Counted from the first letter of the stretch, positions 19,817 through 28,062 are shown. The stretch is DNA of 33,991 nucleotides from an uncultured Bacilli bacterium (GCA_947626215.1 CANQRJ010000001.1:1-33991), one strand, 5' to 3'. Notes: generated from the letters alone by a model not told the origin. Made by a program: numbers and translations.

Positions 19817-20205
19817 ATGATGTGGATGCAGATCGTCTAATAGAAAGTCTTACTTTGATGAAAGAGTCTCTTACAACTTCTATGGAAGAAAGTATTTTAA
19901 AAGAGATTCAAGATTCTCAGTCTTTTCAGGTTCAAGCGGCTAGTGTTTTAATTTCTGCAAATCAAAATTTGATATCTAAATATGAAGATTTAAGACAATT
20001 AATTCAAAAATATATTGGTGTTGGAAATGATATAAAAAGTTACCAAAATTTGGATAAAGAAGTTGCCAGACTAGAAAGAGCCATTGATAGGGAATTAAGT
20101 GAAGATGAACCAAGTTATAGTTATATTCGTTCTTTAAGAAATAAAGTTCGTTCTTGTGAAAAACAAATGAGAGAATTAAAGTTAAAAATAGAATCTAGTA
20201 TTTAA
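19813..20205 (+). CDS. Small coiled-coil protein (possible Lap2-type effector adaptor)
   Basis: 130 aa, all-helical and charged, with no W-x-G. ATGA overlap with the upstream gene. It sits immediately 5' of the giant substrate gene, as LXG-associated helical proteins do. Confidence 0.4.
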   Translation: MNDVDADRLIESLTLMKESLTTSMEESILKEIQDSQSFQVQAASVLISANQNLISKYEDLRQLIQKYIGVGNDIKSYQNLDKEVARLERAIDRELSEDEPSYSYIRSLRNKVRSCEKQMRELKLKIESSI

Positions 20206-20221
20206 ACAATAGGAGGTATTT

Positions 20222-23200
20222 ATGAAAATTATTCATTATAATTATTTAAATAATTCTTATAAAAATTTTGTAAATGCCTCTAGAAGTTTTGAAACAGATA
20301 AGTATTCTAAGTTTTCCAATAGTTATGTTACTACGTGTTCTAATGTCTATGTTTCTAGGATGAAGTCTGTTTTATCTAATAAGTATAAAGAAATGCTTGA
20401 AGCTTATCAAAAAATTGATGAGTGGTGGCTTCATTATCTTAATGATGTTCGTGCGGTTGAAAATGCAATTTCTCAAAGTTTCTATGGCTTTGAAGAATCT
20501 TCTCTTGCTTCTTTTGTTGGTGGTAAACTTTTGAATCCTACTGTTACAAAAACATCATTATCTGGCAAATTAACGCTTGCTACAGTGAATTCTGAACTCT
20601 ATTCTAACGCTTTTATGAGTATGGGTTCTGCTAGTCCTTTTTTAGCACAGTCCATGTTTGAACAGAAAGTTTTGTTTTCTAAACAAGAAAAAGAAATGAT
20701 TTTAAATAAATTTTTTAATGGATCTAATTTAACGGCAAGTGAAGTCAATAAAATTCAAAGTACTCTTACTCATATGTATGATGAAGACATGCAAAAAGCA
20801 AATCAAAAGTGTGAAGCATCTCAAACAAAATATAATGATATGGCTAAGGTATTTTCTAAATTAACGGGTTCATCTTTTGACATAGATAAAATGAAATCTT
20901 TAAAAAGTGAAGCTCAACAAGAGGCTCTTCGTATGGCAAAAGAGTATAAAAGTAAATCTTTTAGGTGGAATGATTTTGATTTTGATGAAAAAGGAATTCA
21001 TTTAACTAGAGATCAATTTGAAAAAATGTCTGTGACAGAGTTAAGTGAAGTTCTTTTGAAAAATGATATGACTATCGGAACTCAATATAAACGTTTCAAT
21101 TCGATTTTAAGTGGTACACAGTATGGCAGTTTAGAAAATTTTTTGAAAAAAATGTCTACTCTTCAAGATAATTATTCTAAAGATTTAGAGGCAAAAAATA
21201 AAATTGAGGCTCAAGTGAAAGGATTGTCCTATGCTTTAATGAGCCAGACAGAAGATTATAAGAATTTTAAACCTAAAAGTGTTTCTAAAGATGGTATAAC
21301 AGATGTCACGACTGTTATTCAAAATGATCAAAATATTGCTACTCAACAAACGATTGTAGATTATTCTAAGTATGTGAAAACTTATGGGGAAGTGGATCCT
21401 CTTAGTTTTACCTCTCTAGCAATGCAAATGTATGGAGACAGTATTGAAGTACAAGGGGTAACCAATCCTGAATTATTAAAAGAACTTGCTAAAGTTCAAG
21501 GAATTCAAAGTTTAAGTGATATGGGTAAATATTATCAATTTGCTTATCAAAATTTTGGCTCAGAAAAAGCAAATAAATATCTTACAGACTATGAAAGTGA
21601 AATTCATCAATACTGTGGAGAAGTCAATGCAAATGAGTTTTTAAATCATTTATCTAGTTTAAATGAAGTAAATAGAGTTGAGGCCGTGACCAATCATTTA
21701 AAGGTTACTGGAAAAGGTTTATCTGAAGGTATGATGGGATTTTTTTCAAATTTGGGATATCTTTTAGAAAGTCCTTTAGAGGAAAATCGTACTGTGAGTG
21801 CAAAAGAATATGAAAATATGTATATCGTTCAGGCATTGTCTAGTAAAGAATCAAAAATGAAAAATGGTCTTCTTACGAAAAATTTAAAGGGAGATGTTTT
21901 TAGCACATCTGATATTATTGATTATACAAAAGATTATGGAGCTTTAACGGAACATAATTACCAAATTAGTGAGTCGATTGGAAATATGTTACCTAGCATT
22001 GCCGTTTCGGCTATTAATCCTTTTGTAGGATCTCTTGCTTTGGGAGCGAGCGCGGCAGGAGGTTCTTATCACAGTGCAATGACGGAAGGGTATTCTGTTC
22101 AAAAGTCTATGTTATATGGGGTTGCATCCGGTGCAAGTGAAGTCTTAATGGAGAAGGCATTAGGAGGTTTACCATTATTAAGTGATACGAAAGTAGTTAG
22201 TTTAAAAACTATGGCTCAAGCTATGGGTAAAGAATTTAATGAAGAATTTATTCAAACTTATGTCGATGCAGGTGCAAGTTCTCTTATTTTACAAAAAGAT
22301 TTTGATTTAGCAAGTACTTCAAAAGAAGCTTTACAATCTGGGATTTATGGGGGTATTACAGGTGGAATCATGAATCTTCCTAGCTTAGCTATTAATAGTA
22401 GTAGTATTAAAATGATTGATAATCAGATAAAAGCTGGTAAAGTTTCTCAAGAAGAAATTGTTCAAAGTTTTCATGAATTAATTCCAGAAACACAACAAAT
22501 GAATTATGATGAAATTTTGCAAGAATATACAACTACGGCAAAAGATGTTACTTTAAGTCTTGTACAAGCTAACGGTAAAACAGTAGCCTCTTCTGGAGTA
22601 AGTACTTTATTAGGAAATATGCTTAAAAATTCTCAAAATGCTTTGCATGTAAAAATGAATCAAATAAGGGATAAAAATATTGTTTCACTTAATTTAAATC
22701 CTATTCAAAATTTAGAACCTGCTTTTGTTGGAGTTCAAAATATTACTGACGTGGAGCAAGTTATTGTAAATAATTCTGATGTGAATAAATTATTAGGGAA
22801 GACTGCTTTGTCTTCTTTACCAAAGGCAGTTGTTGGTATCGCGACTTCATTTGCATCTAGGCCATTTTTCTTTCGATATACGCCAGTTACAACGTCTAAT
22901 AGTTTTTCTCAGAAAATATTAAATGAAGGATTATATCATTTTACAAGTGAAAAAAGTATTTCTAAAATTCAAGAATCTGGATATATAAAAGCCTCTGATT
23001 ATTTTACTTCGTATGGAAATAAAAAAAGTTTTTTCTTTGCAGGTATTCCTGATATAGAAGATGTTGCTATGAATACAAGTAGTTTGGCTGATAAACGAGT
23101 AGCTGTCAAATTGAAAATAGATCCAAGTGAATTACAACAGTTTCGTTATAGAGATTTAGTAGATAAGGCTGTTTCTCATGATGGAAATTATGTATTTAAT

Positions 23201-26200
23201 CCAGATCATTTTTCAATTGCTTACTTAGGGCTTGCTGAAGAAAATGGAAAAGTAGTTTATAAAGAAATATCAAAATCAGAGTATGATCAATATCAGTCTA
23301 ATGTATCTAAGGCAAAAAAAGAGTCTTTAGTGAAGAAAGCGGAGACGTTTATTATAGGGGTTGCTTCGGACTGGACATATACAAAAAATAGATTTCAAAG
23401 AATAGCAAGTGCCTTTAAAAATACAAATATTGATAAAACGGGAGCAATCTATGCTAATAGTACATCAATGCTTTTAGAGAATATTCAACAATTTAATTTA
23501 GAAGATACCTTAGATTTAGAAGAAGAAGGTCTCCCAATTAGAGATTCAGATCATTTTACTAATTTAGAAGATACCCTAGATTTAGAAGAAGAAGGCCTTC
23601 CAATTAGAGATTCAGATCAAATTACAAATTTAGAAGATACCCTAGATTTGGAAGAAGAAGGTCTTCCAATTAGAGATTTAGACCAATTTACAAATTTAGA
23701 AGATACCCTAGATTTGGAAGAAGAAGGTCTTCCAATTAGAGATTCAGATCAATTTACAAATTTAGAAGATACTCTAGATTTAGAAGAAGAAGGCCTTCCA
23801 ATTAGAGATCCAGATCGAATTACAAACTTAGAAGATACTTTAGATATGGAAGAAGAAGGTCTTCCAATTAGAGATTCAGATCAAATTACAAACTTAGAAG
23901 ATACTTTAGATATGGAAGAAGAAGGTCTTCCAATTAGAGATTCAGATCAAATTACAAATTCAGAGTCGTTAATAACTAATAGAGAAAAAGCTATATTTAA
24001 AAATGATGAGTTGTTATCTACTTCGAAGTTTTTAGAATTATCTCTGGAAAATAAAAAAGAATATATTCAACGTGCAAGTATTGGGCAAATTAATGAATTA
24101 ATATCGTCTGATATTTCTTATGATGATGAAACAAGTCAATTATTTTATACAAAAATATTTCATAATCAGGAAGAGATTTTTTATGATAAAATTTTTGGAA
24201 AAGAAAAATATTCTAATATTGAAAAATATGTTTGTAAACATCCAGAATTATATTCTGATTTACATGATGAATCTTTAATAACATTAATCGATCATAATTC
24301 TAAAAATACAGATTTACTAAATGAATTATATAGACGTATTGATGAAGGTTCTCCTATTTTTATGAAAAATTATGAAGTAGAGGAATTTTATGGAAGGAAA
24401 AGAAGAATTATTGGTAGTGTATTTAATGCTATGTCACAAGAATATCAAAAAAAGGTAAGAGATTCTATCATTGAATTATCAAAAAAGATTTCTCCTGATT
24501 TAAAGAAATTAAGTTTAAGTGGTTATGATATGTTTGATCAAGCTCAATTCTTTTATGCTCTTCAAAACAATACAATAGATGAAGTTGGTATTCAATTTTT
24601 AAATAAATTGTGTTCTGAAAATAAATATAAATTTAAAGGAATGAATTATTCCTTGCTTAATTCTTCTTACTTAAATGATTTAGGAGAAGATTTTGTAAAA
24701 TCTATTATTAATAAAGCTACTTTAGCTAATCAAATTGTTTATTTGCATAATTACAATCCTAGTTTATATCAAGCTTTTGTTAAGTTTGTTCAAAATAGCT
24801 ATTCTGATAATTCATTATATACATTTTATCCGAAAGTTACAAACATGCTATCTTTTTTTATTAAAAATGAACATGCTTTAGTAAATTTAGATTCAAAATT
24901 ATTATTAAGTGATTCTTTTACAAATTATGTATTATATCTTGCATCAAATGCTTATTCAAATTCAATAAAGTTATCTGCATTTTCATCTGATTATAATACA
25001 AAATTTTATGAATTATGTGATGATAAATTTTTAAATTTATATCTAAATTCGTTTACAGATGTCAACGATTTGAAAAAGATTTTTTATAATAAATATTTTT
25101 CAAGTGATGTTTTAAATATTAAATCTTTTATTACTAAATATGAAACTAGTCTAGATTCTATTTCAAAATATGATGAAGAAAGTGTTGCTATTATAAAATA
25201 TTTAAAATTTATTGAATCTATAAATGATAAAGAAACATTAAAAAATTTATATGACGAGTGTAATATTCGAATTTCTTCAGAAGAACTTTTATATATTGAT
25301 GATGCTTTAAGGAAAGCTTACGTAAAAACCTATATTGAAAGTTTAGAAAAAACTAATCATACTATAGAGTCTTTAATAAAATCTGGTCAAAATACTTCTA
25401 CAATTAATTTTGAGGGTAAAAATGTTACGGTTGTTGATGTTGGTAATCAGTTTTCTTTTATAGTTCGTAGTAGTGATTCTGGACTTGTTACGAATGGATT
25501 AGAACATGTATCTTCTTATAAAGATGCTTATTTTCAAGCGGATGATCCAACTAATCATATATTGGCGGCTACCTATATAAATGAAAGAAATATTGGAAGT
25601 TGCCCGGTTAATAATGAAGGCGTTTTATATGGCTTTACTAAGTTGAATGACTCTCAAATAGTTATGATGGCACCTAATGATATTAATTCTAATATTAATA
25701 GTGTAGGATATTCTTCTGGGGCAAATCAACGTTTTGTTACGGCTGATGATATGTCTAGTTATACAAGAAGAATTTATAATGAAGTAGATTTAGAAAAAAA
25801 TGGAACTTTACCGGATTATGTTATTATATATAATGATTCTACTGATACACAGATTCAAAGTGCTTATAAAGCGGCTATAGAATGGAATATTCCAGTAATA
25901 CGCATTGATAAAGTTGATGTGGCTACTCATCAGTCCAATTTTATTAATTCTCTTATGGAAAATTTTAAGGAAACAAAGGATGTATCTTATTTAGATCAAG
26001 CTTTGGACTTATATGAATCTAATTGTAGTGGATATAAATTTAATTCTTTTGTAAAAGAAGGAAATGAAGATCGAACAAGTGGAATTAATAATCAAACTAT
26101 TTATGATTTAGGACTATTTAATTCTGTTACTATTGAGGATGATATTTTGGATTATATTCATGAATTAACGACGATGGATTCTAATCAAAAAGAAGTGGAT

Positions 26201-26338
26201 GAATTAATAAAAGTACTTGATAATGTTAAATATAAATATGATTTAGCAAACGAATCAAATAACAATTTATTGGCTAATACTAAATCGAATTTAGATTTAG
26301 AGTCTTTAGAAGCCATATTAGAAGAAATTAGGAGGTAA
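20222..26338 (+). CDS. Giant (2038 aa) multi-domain putative T7SS substrate / polymorphic-toxin-like protein with non-canonical LXG-like N-terminus
   Basis: Uninterrupted 6.1-kb ORF with SD AGGAGG and no signal peptide. It has a helical N-terminus and lies in the operon behind essC, WXG and adaptor-like genes. Internal Gly/Ala/Ser-rich segment at aa 588-726, LYHFTSE..I.ESG signature at aa 904-920, 7x22-aa acidic repeats at aa 1092-1245, and unassigned C-terminal domains. Confidence 0.6.
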   Translation: MKIIHYNYLNNSYKNFVNASRSFETDKYSKFSNSYVTTCSNVYVSRMKSVLSNKYKEMLEAYQKIDEWWLHYLNDVRAVENAISQSFYGFEESSLASFVGGKLLNPTVTKTSLSGKLTLATVNSELYSNAFMSMGSASPFLAQSMFEQKVLFSKQEKEMILNKFFNGSNLTASEVNKIQSTLTHMYDEDMQKANQKCEASQTKYNDMAKVFSKLTGSSFDIDKMKSLKSEAQQEALRMAKEYKSKSFRWNDFDFDEKGIHLTRDQFEKMSVTELSEVLLKNDMTIGTQYKRFNSILSGTQYGSLENFLKKMSTLQDNYSKDLEAKNKIEAQVKGLSYALMSQTEDYKNFKPKSVSKDGITDVTTVIQNDQNIATQQTIVDYSKYVKTYGEVDPLSFTSLAMQMYGDSIEVQGVTNPELLKELAKVQGIQSLSDMGKYYQFAYQNFGSEKANKYLTDYESEIHQYCGEVNANEFLNHLSSLNEVNRVEAVTNHLKVTGKGLSEGMMGFFSNLGYLLESPLEENRTVSAKEYENMYIVQALSSKESKMKNGLLTKNLKGDVFSTSDIIDYTKDYGALTEHNYQISESIGNMLPSIAVSAINPFVGSLALGASAAGGSYHSAMTEGYSVQKSMLYGVASGASEVLMEKALGGLPLLSDTKVVSLKTMAQAMGKEFNEEFIQTYVDAGASSLILQKDFDLASTSKEALQSGIYGGITGGIMNLPSLAINSSSIKMIDNQIKAGKVSQEEIVQSFHELIPETQQMNYDEILQEYTTTAKDVTLSLVQANGKTVASSGVSTLLGNMLKNSQNALHVKMNQIRDKNIVSLNLNPIQNLEPAFVGVQNITDVEQVIVNNSDVNKLLGKTALSSLPKAVVGIATSFASRPFFFRYTPVTTSNSFSQKILNEGLYHFTSEKSISKIQESGYIKASDYFTSYGNKKSFFFAGIPDIEDVAMNTSSLADKRVAVKLKIDPSELQQFRYRDLVDKAVSHDGNYVFNPDHFSIAYLGLAEENGKVVYKEISKSEYDQYQSNVSKAKKESLVKKAETFIIGVASDWTYTKNRFQRIASAFKNTNIDKTGAIYANSTSMLLENIQQFNLEDTLDLEEEGLPIRDSDHFTNLEDTLDLEEEGLPIRDSDQITNLEDTLDLEEEGLPIRDLDQFTNLEDTLDLEEEGLPIRDSDQFTNLEDTLDLEEEGLPIRDPDRITNLEDTLDMEEEGLPIRDSDQITNLEDTLDMEEEGLPIRDSDQITNSESLITNREKAIFKNDELLSTSKFLELSLENKKEYIQRASIGQINELISSDISYDDETSQLFYTKIFHNQEEIFYDKIFGKEKYSNIEKYVCKHPELYSDLHDESLITLIDHNSKNTDLLNELYRRIDEGSPIFMKNYEVEEFYGRKRRIIGSVFNAMSQEYQKKVRDSIIELSKKISPDLKKLSLSGYDMFDQAQFFYALQNNTIDEVGIQFLNKLCSENKYKFKGMNYSLLNSSYLNDLGEDFVKSIINKATLANQIVYLHNYNPSLYQAFVKFVQNSYSDNSLYTFYPKVTNMLSFFIKNEHALVNLDSKLLLSDSFTNYVLYLASNAYSNSIKLSAFSSDYNTKFYELCDDKFLNLYLNSFTDVNDLKKIFYNKYFSSDVLNIKSFITKYETSLDSISKYDEESVAIIKYLKFIESINDKETLKNLYDECNIRISSEELLYIDDALRKAYVKTYIESLEKTNHTIESLIKSGQNTSTINFEGKNVTVVDVGNQFSFIVRSSDSGLVTNGLEHVSSYKDAYFQADDPTNHILAATYINERNIGSCPVNNEGVLYGFTKLNDSQIVMMAPNDINSNINSVGYSSGANQRFVTADDMSSYTRRIYNEVDLEKNGTLPDYVIIYNDSTDTQIQSAYKAAIEWNIPVIRIDKVDVATHQSNFINSLMENFKETKDVSYLDQALDLYESNCSGYKFNSFVKEGNEDRTSGINNQTIYDLGLFNSVTIEDDILDYIHELTTMDSNQKEVDELIKVLDNVKYKYDLANESNNNLLANTKSNLDLESLEAILEEIRR
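23495..23956 (+). repeat. Seven tandem in-frame 66-bp repeats encoding NLEDTLD[LM]EEEGLPIRDSDQ[IF]T
   Basis: Read directly from the sequence. Units start at 23495 with period 66. Units 6 and 7 are identical and the others differ at a few mostly synonymous positions. Confidence 0.98.
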
Positions 26339-26340
26339 AA

Positions 26341-26499
26341 ATGAATAAAAAAGAATTATTATCCATGAAAGTTAAAGTTTTTAAAGAAATGATGAAACAA
26401 CCCAAAAATAGTATCAATGTTTTAAAAAAAATGGAAAAAGAAAATCCGAAGATTGTAGATAATAATATAGTTATTACAAAAAACGGAAGAAAACAATGA
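26341..26499 (+). CDS. Unannotated 52-aa lysine-rich ORF coupled to the giant gene (candidate immunity/antitoxin or chaperone)
   Basis: MNKKELLSMKVKVFKEMMKQPKNSINVLKKMEKENPKIVDNNIVITKNGRKQ. The ATG lies 2 nt after the giant gene's TAA stop, and AGGAGG (spanning its last codons) ends 7 nt upstream of the ATG. It falls below the ORF-track length cut-off. Confidence 0.45.
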   Translation: MNKKELLSMKVKVFKEMMKQPKNSINVLKKMEKENPKIVDNNIVITKNGRKQ

Positions 26500-26718
26500 A
26501 AATAATGTTTTTTTTCTATGTATTTTTTGATAAAATGTTTTATAGAAGGAATTTATCTTTTTGAAATTTAGAAATGAGAGATAATAATGAAAGTTTGGTA
26601 TTCTAATTAAAAAATGATATCGAGGTATTATTTATCGAAAAATAAGGAATAGCTACAAGTATTAAGTCATAAAAGTATTTTAAATTTCAATTTACGAATA
26701 AAAAGGAGAAAGTTTTAT

Positions 26719-27030
26719 ATGAAAAAAATATTATCAATTGGAAGTGTTGTTCTTTTAAAAGGAGGTACAAAAAAGGTTATGATTATTGGTTATTTTGGAG
26801 TAAGCAATGAACACCAAAACCAAATGTATGACTATAGTGGGTGTGTTTATCCTGAAGGCCTTTTAGATAGTGAACAGACATTGTTATTTAATGATGATCA
26901 AATTCAAGAAGTTTGTTTTGAGGGATATGCTTCTGATGAACAAAAGGAGTTTTTTCAAAAATTAAATCAATTTTATCAATCTTTAGAAAATGATGATATT
27001 GAGTTATTAGATACGGATGAACAAGATTAA
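26719..27030 (+). CDS. DUF4176-family protein (T7SS-locus-associated)
   Basis: 103 aa. LSIGSVVLLKGGTKKVMIIGY...YDYSGCVYPEGL...FNDDQIQEVCFEGY matches the DUF4176 pattern. SD AAAGGAG. Confidence 0.7.
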   Translation: MKKILSIGSVVLLKGGTKKVMIIGYFGVSNEHQNQMYDYSGCVYPEGLLDSEQTLLFNDDQIQEVCFEGYASDEQKEFFQKLNQFYQSLENDDIELLDTDEQD

Positions 27031-27039
27031 AATATAATT

Positions 27040-27774
27040 TTATTTTAATTTTTTTTCAGGTTTTATATCTTCTGGTTTAAATCCACAAGCAATGAATAGA
27101 TTTAATATTCGACTAATTTGAAATATATCTCCATGACCTTCAAAGATAGTTCTTGGTATAACCATAATTTTTTTATCTTCTAAAATAAATATGACTGTGA
27201 TTTGATCATATTCTTTTCTTGGTAGTTTTAATACTTCTATATAGTTTTCCCAAAAATAAGAGTTACTCTTTTTTAATTTTATAATTAGGTATTGTGCAAA
27301 CCACATGCCATCTTGCCTTAAATCTTTTAAAAACTCTAATTGCATATATAAATACGAATAAAGAAATTCGTCATATTCTGTAAATTCATAAAAAGAATAT
27401 ACTTCTCTAAATCTATTAGGAGTACGTCTGCTAAAATAGGTTTGTGTTCTCGCAAAGATAACTTTATTTGGTATATTAGGAAGACTTATTATATCTAAGT
27501 TTAAATTAGCAATTTTTTCATATAATGAATCATTAATTAAAAATTTTTGAGCTTGTGGAAAATAATACATTTTAGATTTTCCAATGTTTTTTTCAAAAGG
27601 TATGTTATATAACATTATTCCTGGGATAATCATAAGTAGTAAACCGAGTAATCTAATAGTAAAGATGTATGGATCTAAGTTTGATTGAATGTATGCAAGC
27701 ATTACAAAAAGAATCATCAGTAAAAACGTAATAATGAATAAAATTTTACAAATATTATATCTTTTCTTTTTCAC
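27040..27774 (-). CDS. Hypothetical membrane protein (2 N-terminal TM helices plus ~170-aa soluble domain)
   Basis: 244 aa. Hydrophobic segments ILFIITFLLMILFVMLAYI and LLGLLLMIIPGIMLY. Convergent with the DUF4176 gene, with 9 nt between the stops. No family recognised. Confidence 0.5.
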   Translation of the reverse strand: MKKKRYNICKILFIITFLLMILFVMLAYIQSNLDPYIFTIRLLGLLLMIIPGIMLYNIPFEKNIGKSKMYYFPQAQKFLINDSLYEKIANLNLDIISLPNIPNKVIFARTQTYFSRRTPNRFREVYSFYEFTEYDEFLYSYLYMQLEFLKDLRQDGMWFAQYLIIKLKKSNSYFWENYIEVLKLPRKEYDQITVIFILEDKKIMVIPRTIFEGHGDIFQISRILNLFIACGFKPEDIKPEKKLK

Positions 27775-27882
27775 TCAAACGTATTCTCCTAATTTTTTTT
27801 AATATTTTTATGTTGTTATATATCAAGTATAACACCGTGTTAGTTTTGCTTTCAAGTATAGATTTCTTTTTAAAAGATCTTT

Positions 27883-27900
27883 AAGTGTAACTATTCAGAC
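27883..27900 (+). repeat. Copy 1 of the recurring AAGT(G)TAACTATTC(AGAC) motif
   Basis: AAGTGTAACTATTCAGAC. The 14-mer GTAACTATTCAGAC is identical to 33917-33930, and the 13-mer AAGTGTAACTATT is the exact reverse complement of 29298-29310. Confidence 0.85.
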
Positions 27901-27914
27901 TAAGACATATTAAG

Positions 27915-27974
27915 ATTAATTTCCTTTTTTTCCTAACTCCACCTTGCTACTGCAATAACTTTGCAATTCGCCAT
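27915..27974 (-). pseudogene. Possible relic of a ParA/Soj-type P-loop ATPase N-terminus
   Basis: The minus strand reads MANCKVIAVA, then after a 1-nt frame slip GGVRKK (compare KVIAVAnqKGGVGKT). It is truncated at the repeated GAATAGTTAC motif. Only about 20 codons remain, so the call is weak. Confidence 0.25.
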
Positions 27975-28033
27975 GTCTTTTCTTCTTTTTTTTCTAGATA
28001 ACTATACTTAAATAAAATATAGCTATGTATGGC

Positions 28034-28062
28034 AAAAAAAAGAACTGAATTTTTTTCAGTTC
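28034..28062 (-). terminator. Rho-independent terminator (minus strand)
   Basis: 8-bp stem GAACTGAA/TTCAGTTC with a 5-nt loop. A run of A8 on the plus strand (28034-28041) gives U8 after the hairpin on the minus-strand transcript. Confidence 0.55.

Noticed and set aside
23495-23956. Regular 66-bp periodic repeats that might be read as a CRISPR array
   Set aside because: The units are directly adjacent with no unique spacers, lie in frame within a 6.1-kb ORF and encode a conserved peptide. No cas genes or leader are present.
27026-27049. AT-only hairpin ATTAAAAT-N8-ATTTTAAT between the convergent DUF4176 and membrane-protein genes as a bidirectional terminator
   Set aside because: The 8 A-T base pairs have negligible predicted stability and overlap both stop codons. 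This cannot be supported as a terminator from sequence alone.
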